Positions 61,799-64,000 of a stretch of 64,000 bases of DNA are shown piece after piece. Origin of the DNA: Lytechinus pictus (taxonomy: Eukaryota). How positions within the stretch are numbered: the first letter of the stretch is position 1; every line of letters starts with the position of its first letter. Where the stretch lies: assembly GCF_037042905.1 (NCBI RefSeq), contig NC_087249.1, positions 41,478,001 to 41,542,000 of the forward strand, written 5' to 3'. The notes under the pieces are model-generated. The model made no database searches. It had not been told where the DNA came from and worked only from the letters and a program-made list of their open reading frames with translations. The translations under genes were made by a program, and so were the position numbers.

Positions 61799-62179
61799 GG
61801 AAGCGCCGTGGTGTAGCGGTTCTGACTCTCGCCTCGTAATCAGAGGGTTGTGTGTTCGAATCCCACCATGGCCTAGCGTCCTTAGTTTTGCCTGAGTTTT
61901 GGCAAGGCGTCAATCCACAATTTGCCACTCTCCGTCCCAGGTGTTAAACACTCACACGTATTGCGAGGTTAGTATTAGTATACTAACCTCGCACCACAAA
62001 CCGCGTTTGGCAGTGGATTTCTAACTAGTGGGTCGTGCGTGCTGGGATCTCACTTCTTGGGTCCACAACACACGACTTCTATGGCTTGATTTTTCTGTGC
62101 GTGGCGGCATGTAATGAACCCTTGGATGGGTGTTAAATGGGTACCCGGTAGGATGCGAAAGCCTATGGCTATGTAGTAT
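61799..62179 (+). mobile_element. tRNA-derived SINE (same family as 14706), interrupted
   Basis: A/B boxes; AAATGGGTACCCGGTAGGATG core. Confidence 0.75.
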
Positions 62180-63967
62180 CACTGGCGTAAATCCCGGGGG
62201 GGATGGGGGGGGGGATATACCCCCCCCCCCACTTTTAGAGGAGGGGGGGATGGCCTGTACAAACATCCCCCCCACTTTTTACGAAAGAAATGAAAAAAAA
62301 ATCACAAGAGATAATTGTTTTATTGGTGAAAATTCTTCCTAAAATACCGCTTAACAAATAAAACAATATTATTGAATCATAAAATGCAAATAAAGAGCCA
62401 GTTCACCATTTCCAAACAAAATACTTATGTCCTTATTATAACATTGAAGACAAACCCCCGTTTCTTCCAATTCATAAATGTTAGGGTCCACTGGCGTAAA
62501 TCGCGGGGGGGGGATGGGGGGGATATATCCCCCCACTTTTCGAGGAGGGGGGATGGCCTGTACAAACATCCCCCCCACTTTTTACGAAAGAAATGAAAAA
62601 AAAATCACAAGAGATAATTGTTTTATTGGTGAAAATTCTTCCTAAAATACTGCTTAACAAATAAAACAATATTATTGAATCATAAAATGCAAATAGAGAG
62701 CCAGTTCACCATTTCCAAACAAAATACTTATGTCCTTATTATAATATTGAAGACAAACCCCCGTTTCTTCCAATTCATCAATGTTAGGGTCTTTGGGAAG
62801 GGATTAAGAGGGAATGTCAAAAAAATATGAATGTAATCTCTAATAAAACCATTAAACCATCATGGGGTAAAAAAGACAATAATATTGGAGGGGTATTTGC
62901 CATATGGACATACAGTGGCGTAACTACGGGGGGCATGGGGGGCACATCCCCCATCGGCTGACCAAAAAAAAAAAAACGGGGAAAGGGGAAAAAGAGGGAG
63001 AAAGGAAGAAAAACATAGTGAAAGAAGAAAATATTATTCATTATAATATATTATATCATAATTATGTTATGTTACATTACATAAGAAGCATTTTTATCAT
63101 AACTTTATGATTTGCCCAGGGCCTACGTCTTCATTGTTCCTGGTGCTCGCACTGTCTGTTTAACGAGATATATAATCCTGTTGTACTAAAACATCCCGTT
63201 TTCAAGTCAATACAAACCAAATATATTTCCTAGCACTTAAGTTATCATTGTTTTATGTAGTGACATATATGCTTCTTTTTCATGTCTCAAAAAGTGATTG
63301 CCCCATGTTAAGGTCTTCGTATATATGAAACATTTCCTGTCCGTGATTACATTCGCATTAGTGGATTGGTGAGATATGTCTGCTCTTCATGAATTCCCAA
63401 AATCAGTCCTTAAAATGTCCCTTCTTCTGATCTGAATATAAAAAATTTTCAGCTCGCGCTTCTCGCTCGCATCACTTGGTTAATAAAATACGTATGGTCC
63501 TAGTTAATTCCTACAAAGAAACCTTAGAATGCCCCACTTCAGGTCTGAATTATCTAAATTTTCAGCTCGCTCTTCGCGCTCGCATTGTTTAGCGAGACAG
63601 GTACCTATCATAATTACACAAATTTGATTATAATGTCCCTTTTTAGGTGTGAATATAAACAATTTCAGCTCGCGCTTCGCGCTCGCATTATTTGATCAGT
63701 GAGATACATATCCGTTTAATGACATTGTCCTTAAAATGTCTCTATTAGGTCAGTATAACTGGCAACTGAGCGCGCTTCGCGCTCACTAGCGCACTCACTC
63801 AGTGATTCAAAAATTTTGCTGGTGCCCCCCCCCAATGCCGTGACCCACGGTACGCCACTGTGGACATATCAATGACAATTCCTTGCATATCTAAAAACAT
63901 GATTGCAAAAAAATGCCAAAATATTTCAGTCATCCCCCCCACCCATCAACACGGATTTACGCCAGTG
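62180..63967. mobile_element. Composite non-autonomous hAT element, copy 2
   Basis: Same TIR; 8-bp TSD TGTAGTAT; nested element 62913-63860 with TSD TGGACATA. Confidence 0.9.
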
Positions 63968-63981
63968 TGTAGTATGCCTAG

Positions 63982-64000
63982 CAATTCTCGCTACCCCAAA
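63982..64000. mobile_element. Left TIR of a MITE (family of 2761-3507), runs off the window
   Basis: CAATTCTCGCTACCCCAAA. Confidence 0.65.

Overview
Eukaryotic animal DNA, probably an echinoderm (sea-urchin-like repeat families; this is inference). (1) 1898-27542 (+) is a complete 14-coding-exon AASDH/ACSF4 gene (adenylation domain, GGDS carrier domain, PQQ-like beta-propeller). All GT-AG junctions are phase-compatible and give 1324 aa. Its introns are packed with MITEs, SINEs, LINE remnants and a 3x710-bp tandem triplication. (2) About 27.9-53.5 kb, directly downstream of the AASDH poly(A) signal, is a mosaic of broken mobile-element genes, and every recognisable one lies on the minus strand. 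It includes Polinton/Maverick pieces (packaging ATPase, pPolB N-terminus, two PC4-like genes, small accessory genes amplified into tandem arrays), EnSpm/CACTA transposase pieces, and Gypsy-like gag and protease pieces. It also includes a ~1.3-kb RAG1-like (ProtoRAG-type) transposase core that retains D-D-E, the Zn ligands and the CTT1 tail and sits between duplicated Polinton sequence. The co-orientation suggests a unistrand piRNA-cluster-like locus (hypothesis). (3) 54-64 kb holds MITEs, a Helentron-type (HINE) element, a LINE 3' end, a possible promoter/first exon and two copies of a composite hAT-in-hAT element. All family assignments come from reading motifs by eye; no searches were run.
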